From: Paramecium tetraurelia
Taxonomy: Eukaryota
Direction: 5' to 3'
DNA: 64,000 bases
NCBI GenBank assembly: GCA_000165425.1
Contig: CT868649.1
Location: 372,001 to 436,000, forward strand
Shown: positions 13,781-27,920 of the stretch, in pieces
Layout: every line of letters starts with the position of its first letter
Position numbering within the stretch: the first letter of the stretch is position 1
Translations under genes and position numbers: made by a program
The notes under the pieces: generated by a model
The model's input: only the letters and a program-made list of their open reading frames with translations
Told to the model about the DNA's origin: nothing
The model's database searches: none

Positions 13781-13853
13781 GTTTTGAATTATATTACTCA
13801 AGTAAAATAAATTATCGTTTTTAAATTTATTATAATATTATTCTTAAAATAGA

Positions 13854-14344
13854 ATGTTCAGGAAATATAGTTTCTCTGAAGAAATTGTGGAAAACGATTT
13901 TAGCAGAGAATGGAATTGGGATGAATTTATATAAGATTCTAATTCAAGATTGATTAAAAAAAGAACAGCACATTTCACTCAATAAGAGGATGATCTATTG
14001 TGCCAATTGGTCGCCTAATTTGGAAGGAAATGGAAGAAAATAGCCTTACAGTTTCCGAATAAATCAGATAGAATGTTGAGAAATCGATTTATCAAATTAC
14101 AATAATAATCAGATATAAGTATTATCAGACCTTTATTCATTAAGCTGAGGCCATCTCATCGCCAAAATTAGATCTCAGCAGTCATGAAGTAAATGTACAA
14201 AAAAAACGCAAAAATGATGAGCAATAATTATTGATCTAAATGAAGCAACTAAAATCAATTAAACAAAAAATCGACATTATTTCTATTCTCGTTTAATAAA
14301 CCAAAATAGAATTGATAAATCTACTAACTTCTCCTACTTTATGA
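13854..14344 (+). CDS. Small single-repeat Myb/SANT-domain protein
   Basis: HFTQQEDDLLCQLVAQFGRKWKKIALQFPNKSDRMLRNRF; intron 14119-14144; TGA at 14342-14344. Confidence 0.82.
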
Positions 14345-14942
14345 TTATCAATCAAAATTAACACATGAATGTAATTATTTATTTCAAAACCAAACATATT
14401 ATTTATTCTAATTTTAATCTTATGAATTACTAGCGAGATTAAATTGATAATTCAATTTATATTTTAATATCATAATTTCAGACATCAATATATAGAAATC
14501 ATTCCAATATTAAAATTATAATAACTCCTTAAATTATAATTTAATTTTACTACATATTTACTAGTTACATTTTAAATAGACAGCTTAGTTTTACAAGAAA
14601 AGAATTGTCGTTTATTACAAACAAATTGTTGTTTATTTAAATTATTAACACAACTAATAGTTTCTACTAGAAATATACTAAATCATTCATTATCAATTTA
14701 CACATTCAATAAATAATCTAAATTATATATATTGAAATATTAAACATCCTTAAGAAATTAGTAACAATAAGCATGATCAATAATGACTTTTATCTATAAA
14801 CTGAAACCAAATCATTGCGTGAGTTAATTCATAAGAATATTATTGGGAAGAGTATATAGATTTTATTTTACTTTAGTTTATTAAATCGTTATCACAGACT
14901 TTATGCTGTGACATAAAGATTAAAAAATAAAAAAATTTCGAT

Positions 14943-15526
14943 TCAACCTTCTGTAATTTGATTACTGAATAAAAATGGAGAAGATTTCAATTTTAGCAGT
15001 TTCCCCATTCTTTATTGTAATTAACACTCATTCATCTTCTGAATGAATTCAATATCGTGCTATTAGCCCTTCTTACTCTCCAAAGTCTCTTAGATGATCT
15101 CATTTTTTCCCTATTAACTTTTTTATCCATTTAGTATTATATTAGCAGCTCTGAGTTTTTGAATACAGGTTTAGAACTTAGTTTTTTTTAAGAAGTTTAT
15201 TTGTTTTTTCAAATCAAAATGTTCTAAATATGTTCCAAATATAAGTTACTTTTTCTTGGTTATAAATATTTATTAAGATGCTACGGGGTCAAAAGCCCTT
15301 GCTGAACAGCCTTTTTTTCCATCTGATAACTCTAATAGATGCGATTAACAAACTTTCTTTACTCTCCTTTCTTCAAACAAGGTAATGTAGAATCAAAATT
15401 GGATGTATGTTCAGATGATGTATATAAATTTCTACCAGCTTAATGAATGTCCTAGATTAAAGTGCTCAATTTAATAGATTAATAAGTCTTGAATGGTTCA
15501 AAAGATTAGCAATTTTTATTTCTCAT
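14943..15526 (-). CDS. Hypothetical protein
   Basis: Open frame in ciliate code from ATG 15526 with one 26-nt intron to TGA 14943; no recognisable motif. Confidence 0.6.
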
Positions 15527-15924
15527 ATATATTATAATAATATTTTCTCTCTTTAAGTTTGTAAATTTATGATAAGATTGTGGAGAATATGTAAGAATTC
15601 ATTGATAAAAACTGAAACAAAATAAATTTAGAAATCTGGCACACGCAGTCCAAAGGATCGAAAATCTTTATAGAGACTTAGAGAAATAAAATTTAAGAGT
15701 TTGTGGTTTTGATAATTTAATTATTTCATCTTTAAATGTGATAAATAATTTAATACAATAAAGGAGGAAAATTTGAGTATAACATAAAAATAATGAGTAT
15801 TATTGTTATTATGAATTGATATAATACTTGAAAGCAATACAAGGACTTATTTTTATATATTAAAGACTTCGGAACATGCTTGTGAATTGTATGTAAAATA
15901 ATTGATATTAATTAAATTATTAAA

Positions 15925-17011
15925 ATGTTGGATCAAACTATTGAAGTTCCAATTAGTAAAATAATGACTTAAGTATCGAAGGTTTATGTTCCCATAAATC
16001 AAAATCCAAATGAGAAAATAGCAATCCTATACGAGAATATAGGAAGGCAGAATTTAAAAGAAGTTTGGAGATTATAATTTTTGAATTAAAATGTCGACTT
16101 GTTAATGAGATAAACCTATGATGAATTGTTCTATTTGAATTAAAATAGGATTCTAATTTTGAAAGGTCCTAATATCATCACTTATAACCTCCACGAAAAA
16201 ATAGAAGTAGATTCAACAATCCAAATTGAAAAAGGAGAGTATAATCATTTTTCAGTATATAACAATGGAAAGGAGCAATTCCTATTCTTTCTAACTAAGC
16301 AGAATGTTACTACTGAATAGCAATAGAGTGTAAGTCAATACACTTTGAGAATTTATGATACTCAGAAATTAGAAGTGCTATAGGAGGTGAAATTCTCAGC
16401 ATCCGTAAGAGCCTTAGTTGTATCTCCAATCAGCAGGACGAAATGCTTTATGATGAATCCAAATTCTCCTACTAACAGAACATTACAATTTATAATATAC
16501 GATGAAAATTAAGTTTAAAGCAAGATTATTAATGTAAAAGAAACAAAGAACGAATTAAGGGGGACAGTGGTCAAAGTTCTTAATGTAAACGCATTAATTT
16601 AACCTTTAGTATTAAGACGAATTGATTTTTGTGTATAATTCAAATGGAGTTAGCAAATAGTTTCTTCTCTTCTATTGCATAGAGAATGGAAATGAGAATA
16701 TTCATGAGATCGACATATAGTATCCTTTTTAGATTAGGGATGCTACGATAAAGGAAAACATTATCTTAATTAGTTGTTTTAATAGTTAATTGAATAGCGA
16801 AAATGCTTTTTTCTATGAGATTTTGGAGAAGAAAGTGAAGATGATATCGAGTGGAGAAACGAATCATTTTTACAGCAAATACATAATAGTTTAACATAAT
16901 CGAGAGAGCATTCATTTACAATTGATGGCCACTCCAAGTATGATGATGACTCATTATATGGACAAAATAGATTATGATTAATATATTAAAGAAGAAATAA
17001 GTCAGTTTTGA
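15925..17011 (+). CDS. Hypothetical beta-rich (possibly degenerate beta-propeller) protein
   Basis: About 350-codon open frame with one 25-nt intron near 16585-16609; WD-like segment TLRIYDTQKLEVLQEVKFSASVRALVVSP. Confidence 0.65.
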
Positions 17012-17035
17012 TAATTAAATTTAGTATTAATTTTA

Positions 17036-20000
17036 ATGGCATCTAAAATGTAAGAGCCTCTTTTAAAAGTAGAGGCCCTGACTGACTTTGGGATGACAGC
17101 AAATGAATTATCGTAATATATTTAAAATGAATGCAAAGTTAGATGTTCTTTCCTCATAATATAAGAGATGGATCAAGTTTAGATATATTGTCTAGATTTG
17201 GCAAGATTGAAGGACTAATATAGAAATTGAAAACAGACCCTAAGGTAATTAAAGTGGATAATTAGATAGAGAGGATTGGATGGAACAAATACCAATGATT
17301 TGGAATTGAGAGTTAAAAAGTATTTGCATTATTCAAAATAGTTTTGGAAATAACAAACCAGAAATTAAGGAACCTAAAACCTTATTATAATACGTATATA
17401 AAAATGGAGATATAAAAGATTCTTGAAAATTTTGAAGATCCTATGTTAAGGATATTGTGTTTGGCAGCAGCAGTGAATTTGATAATAGGCTTATGGACTG
17501 AAGGTTGGAAAGAAGTAATTTCTCATTAAATTTAAATAGGGTTGGATGGATGGAATGGCCATATTCATAGCTGTAATAATTATTGTATCTGTAACAGCAG
17601 GGAATAATTATGTCAAAGATCATTAATTTAGAAAATTAAATGCCATAGCAGAGAATAGAAATGTAAATGTGAAGAGAGGAGGTAAAATAGTGAGCACCAA
17701 TATTTACGATTTACTAGTTGGAGACATCATGATAGTGGACACAGGAGAGAAGATGCCAGTCGATGGTTTAGTTATCGAATCAAGTGAATTGACTGCTGAT
17801 GAATCATCTGTGACTGGTGAAACTAAACCAATTTAAAAGATAATTCCACTTTCTTATGAAAAGGAGGACTAAAAAGAAGATACTAATTCCTTCTTGATCA
17901 GTGGCTCATCTATCATTTATGGAACAGGAGAGATCCTAATATTAGCTGTAGGTGAGTATTCTCTATGGGGTATAACAAAGACGTTAATGACATAATAAAC
18001 AAAAGATGATAAAACTCCATTATAAGAAAAACTAACTATTTTAGCAGATTAAATTGGTGAATATGGATTGAAATTAGCCATAATAACATTTATTGCTATG
18101 ACACTTCATTTATTACATGATGCTGCTTTTAATGAATATCCTTTATTTTCTGCTCATGCAGTCAAAGAAATATTAAATTTCTTTATTGTTTCAGTTACTA
18201 TCATTGTTGTTGCTGTTCCAGAAGGATTGCCATTGGCAGTGACTATTGCATTAGCTTATTCAGTTGATAAGATGAAGGATGAGAAGAATCTGGTTCGATT
18301 TTTATCTGCTTGCGAAACTATGGGGGGGGCTAATAATATTTGTAGTGATAAGACAGGCACTTTAACTGAGAATAAAATGACTGTTACTAATTTGTACATT
18401 GAAGATACAGATTTCAATAAACTAGATCCTTAAGCAATAAAGAGTTCCACATTGTCATTACTGTGTGAAGGAATATGTTTGAATTCAATTGCACGTCCCT
18501 AGATAGACCAGAATGGCAGATTTGAACATATAGGGAACAAGACTGAATGTGCTCTATTGGAATTAGCCCATAAATTTGGATATGATTTTAGATAGATTCG
18601 ATAAAATATGGGAGAGAAAATCAAGAAGAACTTCCCATTCAATTCTGAGAAAAAGTAGATGACCATTGCACTTGATTTAAAGGGAGATAGAACATAATTC
18701 ACCATATTCACCAAAGGAGCTCCAGATGTCCTTTTAGATAAATGTTCTTATTATATTAATGCTGAAGGAAGACCTGTTGTGTAAAATGTATTCTCATATT
18801 CCATAGCATCACTAATGATTATAAATAGAAGATAAATGCAGTCATTTAAAAGTACGCCTCTCAATCCCTGAGATCAATTCTTCTATTATATAGGGAGATT
18901 ATGTTATAAGGCAGACCTACAGAACCAGAAGACTTTAACAATATTGAAGACACAATAGATAAATAATATACTATAATTGGAGTCACTGGATTGCAAGATC
19001 CCTTAAAAACAGGTATAGTTAAGGCAGTTTAGTAATGCAAAGAGGCAGGAGTTATTGTACGAATGGTCACTGGTGATAACTTTCATACAGCAGTGGCAAT
19101 TTCTAAATAGGCAGGAATATTACCATAAAATTATGATCATAATGTTGATTCATTGGCAGTTTTGGAAGGAAAAACATTTAGAAAGTTGGTAGAAGGATTG
19201 GTTTATGAAAAAGTAGGTAATTCAGTTATTCACAAAGTCAAAAATCTTTAAAACTTTACATTAATTACAAATGAATTGAGAGTGTTGGCTAGATCATCTC
19301 CTGAAGATAAATTCTTATTAGTAACTGGGTTGAAACAACTCGAAAATGTTGTGGCTGTAACAGGAGATGGACCTAATGATGCCTCTGCATTAAAAAAAGC
19401 AGATGTTGGTTTTGCTATGGGTATTTAAGGGACTGTAGTAGCAAAAGAGGCTGCTGGCATTATACTTTTAGATGACAATTTTGCATCTATAGTGACTGCT
19501 ATGAAATGGGGTAGAAACATATTTGATTGCATAAGAAAGTTTCTAGTATTTTAGGTCACTGTAAATGTTGTGGCTGTCTCGATGGCCTTTTTGGGAGGAG
19601 TCTTTTTGAAGGAATCACCTCTTACAAGTATTCAGATGTTGTGGGTCAATCTTATAATGGATACTTTGGCTTCTCTTGCATTAGCTACGGAACCACCTAC
19701 TGATGAATTACTAACACGTAAGCCATATGGTAGAAAAGAACATATGATCACACCAGGAATGTGGAGAAGCATCATTTGTCAGGCAGCATTTTAATTATTT
19801 GTTCTCTTAATCATCTTAATCAAAGGGGATTCAATGTTCGGAATTGAATCCAGCAGAGGACATAGACTTGATGAAGAATATAAGTAACTCATTACATCTA
19901 TGTCAATAGTCCTATATTTTAGGAACATTACACAATCTTCTTCCACATTTTTGTATTTCTACAAGTTTTTAATGAAATCAATGCCAGAAAATTAAAAAAA

Positions 20001-20455
20001 ACAGAATTAAATGTATTCGAAGGATTCTTCAACAATTGGCTCTTTCTCTCTGTCATTATTGGAACCATTGTTGTTTAAATTCTCATTGTGTAATCAAATC
20101 TCGTAATTATCATAGGGAATTTGGAGGAAAGGCTGTTAAAGTCACTCCCTTGGATTTTGGCCATCATTTAATCTGTATTCTAATTGGAATGTGCAGTTTG
20201 GGAATTGGCTATTTAATCAAATAGATACCAGATCAATACTTTTAGTCTATTGAGTTATTCCGTGAATAGATTCCCACAGAAGCTGATCCTAACACTATTG
20301 AGGTATTATTCTCTCTCTCTATTATATTCAAGGGCAAACTTAAGAAACCATCGACATTCTTGAGAAAAAAGAGACAAATTGAGGGCAAACAACTCATAAA
20401 AACTAATTAAGAGATTGAAATGAATTCAGGTCAAAGCAACTTTAAATTAAAATGA
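17036..20455 (+). CDS. Plasma-membrane Ca2+-ATPase (P2B-type, PMCA)
   Basis: DESSVTGE actuator motif, [21 protein letters not shown] (D at 18347), [61 protein letters not shown]; many tiny introns. Confidence 0.96.
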
Positions 20456-20497
20456 ATTATTTTATACTATTTTACAGTTAATATTTAATAATAACCA

Positions 20498-22557
20498 TCA
20501 AGAATCCAAAAACGATTTCTACTGCACATATTTTATAAATGATTAAGTTAATAAAGTTTAATCAGAGTAAACATAGAAGGAGAGTTTATTTTAATATAAA
20601 TTTTGACCTTAGAATAAATCCATCATGGAAGGGAATAGATTTAAGGCTTATTTTGTCGGGCTGTTGTCGTAATAAGCACTTTAGAATTACTAAACAAAAT
20701 TGTAAGGCCCTATCTTTTTTAGTAGAAAATTAGTAATAGGATAAATTAATAGAAACTCTTAATTATTATTACTTTGGTAATCTTCAAAAGTCTAAGGATT
20801 TAAGATCAATTGCTAAGTCGGTTGCAATTCAATATATTTTTCAGTAAAAAAAGTAAACTCAAATTTAATTAACTTCTGATTGTCAGTTTTCATAGGACTC
20901 TCCTCCGAATCCATGACCACTTTCTTTATAAACTCAAATTCTTAGATGCTGTTCTTTTCTTAGAGATTATTGTTTTCTTATCTCAAGGGATTCAGATTCA
21001 TTTCAGTGGAAATATTTAATGTTATTGTTGTAGTTATATCTGCTTAAGTCAAACATTATTCAAAAATGTTAACTACTATTTAGGAGAGAAATTAAGAATT
21101 AATTTTAATATTACAATCCTCTAAGTTAAATTAAGTTATAAACTTTTTATTCTAGTAGCTCGACATAAATGAAAAGTAAGTTTCTAAATTGCTTATAAAT
21201 TGTTTTAAATTAACAATTTTATAACTGGAGATTTCATTGTTTATTTTGCAAGCATTTACAAAATAGTAAAAGTTTTAAAATTGGTTCATAATCCATATAT
21301 TTTAGCATTTAAGATACTACAACTTCTCATTATCAAAAGTGGAATAATTTAGTGATAGGATGGCATTAGAAAATTGAGAAAGCGATGCAGATAATTGATT
21401 TGCCACATACAGAATAATCTTATTCAGATATTTGATTTACTCCTCACTTTTCGTCATCATTTACTGTGGTTTCTCTTTATTTATAACAAATAGCAAATAG
21501 TTTTTTCCATAATTCATTTGTTTGACATCTATGTTCAGAATATTATTAATCTGCTTCTAATTATCAAAGTAAATCCCATCTAATTGTTCAATAATTTAAA
21601 TATCACTTTAATTCATTGATAAATTTTATTTCACTTTGTAAAATGAATATTCTTCTAGTGTTTATCTTTTCACCACTGCTTTTTTTATTGATATGTCTCC
21701 AGATTTATGTACTGGGATCTAGCATAAGTCAACCTAGATAGGAACTTAAGCCTTGTTTACGACATAGGTATTTCTCAAAATTTCAATCATCGATTTTGTA
21801 TCCTCAATGTTTAGTTCAGTTTTGGCTTGTTGATTCAGGAATTCCAGTTAAAATGAGTTGTTATGCTGATTTAAACTAATTGCAAAGAAACAATTAGGTA
21901 CGTATTCTTCCAGTAATTCTCTAAAATATAACTGCAATTGATTACATCAATTTGGTATTGTAATGCATATAGGAGAATGCTAAGCGAAACATAAATTCGT
22001 TATAATGGGCGTATATGATAACCAAAAATTGGGAAGTAAACACAAATAAAATATATGAAAAATCTTATGCAGTAAGAGCATCCAATTGATATAGTTAAAT
22101 TATGGGAACAAATAAAAATGCCAATACTCTTAATCGAAAATTACTAAAGAGGAGCTGGACGATTGATATCGACCCACTATAAAAACCAAATAAGTAAAGA
22201 GGTCTAAAATCAAAAGTAAAATTACTTTTATTTTGTCTATGTGGCTACATATAAGCTGATTGTAATAGATATTAGGTACATAAAAAAGTAATAATATCTT
22301 ATCTTTTTGTCAAATTTTTTGGTAATCACAAGGATTCCCAAGATAAACACACCAGAAACTGCTAAAGAAATAATCAAAAAAACATGCTAGCCATCAATCA
22401 AATAAAGGATAAAAAAGTAAAAGCATAAAAGCATAATGACTATTTCTATAATGCGAAAGTAGTGAAGTCTGTATTTGCTCATCTCCATTTCATATAAATC
22501 TTCAAATTCTTGGTTGGAGAAAGTCAAGGTCCATCGATTAAATTGTAATTTATTCAT
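20498..22557 (-). CDS. Multi-TM protein with PAS-like and degenerate histidine-kinase (HisKA/HATPase)-like domains, about 670 aa
   Basis: MNKLQFNRWTLTFSNQEFEDLYE followed by about 5-6 hydrophobic helices; LLEEYVPNCFFAISL...LEFLNQQA (PAS-like); ILYVANQLSASL; VNLKQFISNL...IKINSQFLSQIVVNIFEQCL; two introns (22 and 25 nt). Confidence 0.7.
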
Positions 22558-23073
22558 AAATATATCTACTTTGGGAAGAATTTAACATTAAATGCCGAAG
22601 CATTTCTGTTAATTTTTGTACTCTTAAGTGAAATTTCGAGTGAATTCTCATATTTTCAAATCCTTTTCACTTTACTTTTTCTTCAAAAAAGAGTTAATTT
22701 CAAACCAATAAAATTACTTAATATAACAGAATAAGTTCATTAGGATAATAGACCATATTGTTACTATGTTACATTAAATGTATGAATAATATTAAATGAT
22801 TCTCTTTTTAGGATTATACTAAATGCAGAGTATCTAATTAACAAAATGAGAAGTTAAAATTAAAATAAATTTGATTTAGTACTCTATCGATATAAACATG
22901 GAATATACAATTATAAATATTGAAATCAAATCGGAATTATGTGCGAGCTTAGTAATTAAAGTTAGATTTAAAGTATAAAATTCAAATACGAATAACAGAT
23001 TATTGATATAAGATCAATATAAAAGAAGAATAAATAATTACATTTATAGATTGTTATAAATATTATAAATTTA

Positions 23074-23955
23074 ATGAGTGATATATTGATTGATGATCGT
23101 ATTAGAGACTGGGTGTTCTTGCCGATAATAATTGTGATGTTTATGATTCAGATGTTCAGAGGATTGTTAACAAAGTATATGGACAATAAAAAAACAACCC
23201 AAAAAGTGACATCAAAAGCTTAGGTTGGGGAGATGATTGATAAGTACATAGAGTAAACAACATAATTAGAAATATCACTCAACAATCTTAAAGACTAGCA
23301 CGATTACATGGACTATTGCCAGATCATTCTTTTAAGATGAAGAGGGCTCATTTATGTGATAATAAATCAGGCATATTAACAAAGGCAAGTGAAAAGCCAG
23401 CAAAGGATCCAATGCAATCAATGTCTATGATGAATCCAGCTGCCATGGCTGATATGCTAAAACAAAATTTAAGTGGAATTGTATTCATGGCTGTTCAATA
23501 TTAATGGGTTTCTTATTTTTTTTCTGGTTTTGTGATTGGTAAAGTCCCATTTCCCTTGACTCAAAAATTCAGATCAATGTTATAGAGGGGAGTGGATGTG
23601 CAAAATTTGGATGTTAGATATATAAGTAGTATCAGTATTTACTTTGTGTTGTTGTTTGGAGGTCTTTAAAAGATTCAGTAATTGATGTTTGGAGATGATA
23701 ATGACGAGTTTGTTGATGGTAAAGAGTGTTTAGAGTATTATTAGACACTCAAATGTAGATGTAGATGTAAATGATGGGAATGCCAACGATGCCATCTTTT
23801 GGATAATAGAATGACCCAGGAAAATTGTTTATAGCTGAAAGAAGTAACTAAATATATCGAATTTAGCTCGTTTGGAGGGAGTTAAACATTCATTTGAATT
23901 GAATAAATCATAGGATAAGGCCATAAAATCCTTAAAGAGATTTTTAATTTAATGA
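23074..23955 (+). CDS. EMC3: ER membrane protein complex subunit 3 (Oxa1-superfamily insertase)
   Basis: MSDILIDDRIRDWVFLPI...; FFSGFVIGKVPFPLTQKFRSMLQRGVDVQNLDVRYISSISIYF. Confidence 0.92.
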
Positions 23956-24535
23956 TGTACAATAAATGTTATATATTATTTTGATAAACCAATTCAATAT
24001 TTATCCGTCTTAAAATTGTTTGAATATTATACGATTATTATTTTCTAATTGAATATTCTACTCTATGTTAAGTTACTATATATAAATTCTTTTAATTATA
24101 CTTATAAATCAACAATAATTTTTAAACCTAATTATTGCTAATTCTGATTAAGGAGGATACTATTTTAATGAATAAATATGAATTACAATGACTAGAATAT
24201 AATTATAATATAGAAATATGAAGAATATTAAAGATAATAATAAAGTTTATTAAAATAGAACTAAAATTAAATCTGGATATAAAGTAAATAAAAAGAATAA
24301 AGCGTTATTAAATTATGCTTGGTTTAAAATGATAGTGAAAGAATAGAATTTCAAATATGCTTTAAAATTTTCACTTATTCAAAATGAGTATCATTTAAAT
24401 TTACTTTCAAATGAATGAAGGAAGTCTTTGGGAATTTACAATTTTTAATTAGATTGATAGATAAAGAAAAGCATAAAGGAGGGAAAGCTAAAAATAAAAT
24501 ATGATTAGAAATATTATTTATTAATAATATTAATT

Positions 24536-25237
24536 ATGGGATATAGATTATCTGATCCTAAACGATTTGGATTGGCCAGAACATCAAAATAGAGATGGCA
24601 TTTATGGAGAACTCAAATGACCCAATTAGTGACACATGAACGTATTCACACTACTTGGGCCAAAGCCAGAGCTCTCCAATTCGTGGCTCATAGGACATTC
24701 AAAATGGGATAAGATGCAAGCAAAAATAGAAGTAATGCAATCAATAGATTAATGGGTATCATATGTATTTAATACCATTTAGGTATTCTGACTACTAAAT
24801 TTGCTATAAAGAAACTTATTAATGAAATAGTACCTAAATTTAAAGATCCAAAAGAATAAGTATTCAAAGTAGTTGAAACCAAAAGAAGAAGAAGTGATTT
24901 CGCTAGAATGGGATATATTGAGTTTACAAAGAATGAAATAGCCAAATATGAAGAATCCTAATACAAGTAATTGTAGGAGACAGGTAAGATTGTGGATATT
25001 AGTAAATACAATAAAACTTGGTTGATAGAAGAGAGAGACTTCATAAAGGATAAATTAGACTAAGCGCAATCTAGATTTGATGCTCTCTAAGCAGATCCTA
25101 ACACTCCAAGTGTTGAAATTAAAAGAGCAGACTAAGATGTTAATTTTTTCAAGCGCAAACTAGAGACTGTTGAAAAGGACCTTTGGATTGAAAATAAGAA
25201 TCCATTAGATATGAGAAGATATTTCAGAATTTATTGA
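24536..25237 (+). CDS. MRPL17: Mitochondrial ribosomal protein bL17-like
   Basis: FGLARTSKQRWHLWRTQMTQLVTHERIHTTWAKARALQ ... RRRSDFARMGYIEF; one intron near 24764-24782; C-terminal helical extension. Confidence 0.82.
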
Positions 25238-25260
25238 TATATGGAGATGCATTATTCCTA

Positions 25261-25867
25261 TCAACCAATCTAGCAAAATCCATATTTCTTCTATAAAAAT
25301 TAGGTCTTTTTTAATTATAATGTACTTCAAATGTAGGTATGTTTGTGTTGCCTTCCTATCGTCTATGTGATATTATGATGTTGGTCTTGATTTATTAAAT
25401 GATCCTTTAGAATAGTTTACAAAGCAAATGGTCTTTGGTTTTGGCTGATCGCAATTCAAATCATGTATTATTGCTTAAGTATGCCACGATTTTCTTTTGG
25501 TTTATTTATCAAGTGGAATGTGCTTTTTGGTTGGTTCCCAGGGGAGTGCAAAATTAATGGTTTGCTGTAATTGAGAATCTCTTTATTCTTCAAATATCGT
25601 AATTCTTTATCTGCAATTAATAGAGACTGAAGGTGTTCTAGGTCGAATGTACTTCCAAACTTCATCTTATAGTTTTTCAACTCTGTTTCTGTATCTGGAT
25701 GTAGCAGAATGCTCTCTCTTAGCAGTTGTATGAAAATGTTGATGAAATGCCTATAAATTAACAAGTTGTTCTTCATTTTGAATTGATTCTACAGGTCCAT
25801 CCACTTTCAAAATTTATCCTAACGATTTATCAAGAAGAATTTATCGAATTTTTGATTTTTCAATCAT
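25261..25867 (-). CDS. Hypothetical protein
   Basis: About 200-codon open frame in ciliate code (MIEKSKIRQILLDKSLGQILKVDGP...); 3' end uncertain. Confidence 0.55.
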
Positions 25868-25998
25868 TTAAATTAATATTGTTAATAAATATAATTAACT
25901 TTAGAGAAAATGAATTTTAGAATGAGTTGCGAAATAATCATAGATTACTGTTAGACTGATTGATATTTATTAATGCATTTAAATTTTTAAATATTTAT

Positions 25999-27920
25999 TC
26001 ATTTCATAGTGATATCAAAGAAGTTAATTTTATTCTAATCCACAGTTACCATAATTACTTTGTCTTAGTTTTTAATCAATTGGATTCTTGGTTTCAGTCT
26101 GAATTTATATAAATGTAATCTTACTTAGATGAAAGTTAGGTTAGACCATCAACCACTAAGTCTTTTTATTGAATGTCATACTAACCATTATCCTTTTTTA
26201 ATATCCTATACTACATACATTAACCAATTTCAACTGGAATACAAAGAGCAAACATTATTTGACTAAGAGTAAATTCCAACAAAACAACATCAACATCATT
26301 ACCTTGTAAAATATCATCCCTATTTGTACTACATACCTTAACACCACTGGTAGAGGCTATCAACATTTCATTAATTGATAATGGGATCATTGTTTAACTG
26401 CAAGGCAATGTGTTTGCATTCACCTTTCTTAATTGCTTCTCCTTCTCATTCACTTATATAATAGTAGCTCCCTATTCTCCAGCCACATAAACACAAAACA
26501 GTTCTCCAGGTTTAATCAAAGCCATTTTATACTTCCTTGATCGACCCTGCAATCTTGAATTACCAATAGTTAAAAATAATTCCAACTTTGTTGTGATGTT
26601 CTTATATCCCAATCTTCCATCACAATCAACAAATGCAAACCCATTATTTTACAAATCCAAACCTGCTAGAATCGGTTTGTTTGAAAATGTATATTAATCC
26701 TAGATTTTTGCAGTTTATCCTTAGAAAATCCAGTGATACACTTAACCATCGTCAGCTCCTGTGATAAATGTATTTGCTGATAAAGGTTCTATCCAGTTTA
26801 CCTATTGAGTGTGTCCATCAAATGCCAATAAGGATTTCTTCTCAGTGTCAAATACTCTCATTTTCAAATCATTTTAACTAATCATCACAAATGTTGACTT
26901 AGATAACCCAATCACAGCCCCTATTGTAAAATCTAAAGTGAACTTCCTATTCAATTTGACATGAGGCCATTCTCTTTTTTAAAGGTCTAAAGCCCGACTG
27001 AATTTACAATATATTCCAGATTTGCTGATCACAATAGAATCTGAAAGTTGATAATTTTCACGTAATATTGGTTTTGACTATGGAGAATTCAATTAATAGT
27101 TTTATTATGAATTATTAGAATATTGTTATACTAATTGAGGTGGTTAAGGCATGCGATCCTAATTGGAACACCAACCTAAGAAATAATTCTACAAAGGTTC
27201 TTATATTGTTGAGTATAACCTTTATTAATCTGATTCAAAAATCCTAGGTGACTCATTTGCTATTAATAGTTTTGTGAATTAATCCTAGAGACTATCTAGA
27301 CTAGTATTATCAATTAATTTTAATTTCCTTAGGTATTCCTCTGAATTATCTCCCTATTATCCTAACTTACAAGTAAGTGCCATGGGAGTAGATAAAAAAT
27401 AATTGGCTGCAGCAAAGAATTTGGAATTGAATTGTTTTCTGGTTTACTCAAATAAGGATTCATAGTCGGAATATATACCGTCCAATTTTCGAAACACATT
27501 TTCTTTAACTTATTATAAATACAACTAGAACTACTCGACAATGAATGTCATATCCTAAGCCACAAGAGTCTTTTAAGTATCAATATTATCTTTCACTTTT
27601 TTAAGATGATGTTTATTATCTTGAATATATTTATATACTTTAAGATTTTCATCATTATTTAGAAACTATTCCAACGACGTCTTATTCTATTGCGTAGCCT
27701 AGTATATAGATTAACTGAATTCAGCAATAAATTGTTTTATCCCCAAAACATTATTATTGTGTTCCATATGAGCATCCTCATTAAGGCACTATTAACAAAG
27801 AAGAATTTTCTTTCGCTTGCAATTCTTCTCTACACACCCTTTAACAATTAATCCTTATTTATGATCTTTACAACGCAATGTGGCTTAAAATGCAGAAGGT
27901 TGAAGCAAATCTTCTTACAT
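25999..27920 (-). CDS. B-box-like zinc finger, coiled-coil and WD40-repeat protein
   Basis: N-terminal CKDH...GCVEKNC...LCQQCLNEDAHMEH; WD repeat LLAFDGHTQQVNWIEPLSANTFITGADDGQVYHW. Confidence 0.78.

Noticed and set aside
24218..24418. Short plus-strand ORF of about 66 codons between EMC3 and bL17
   Set aside because: With a single stop codon such ORFs arise readily by chance, and it has no motif.
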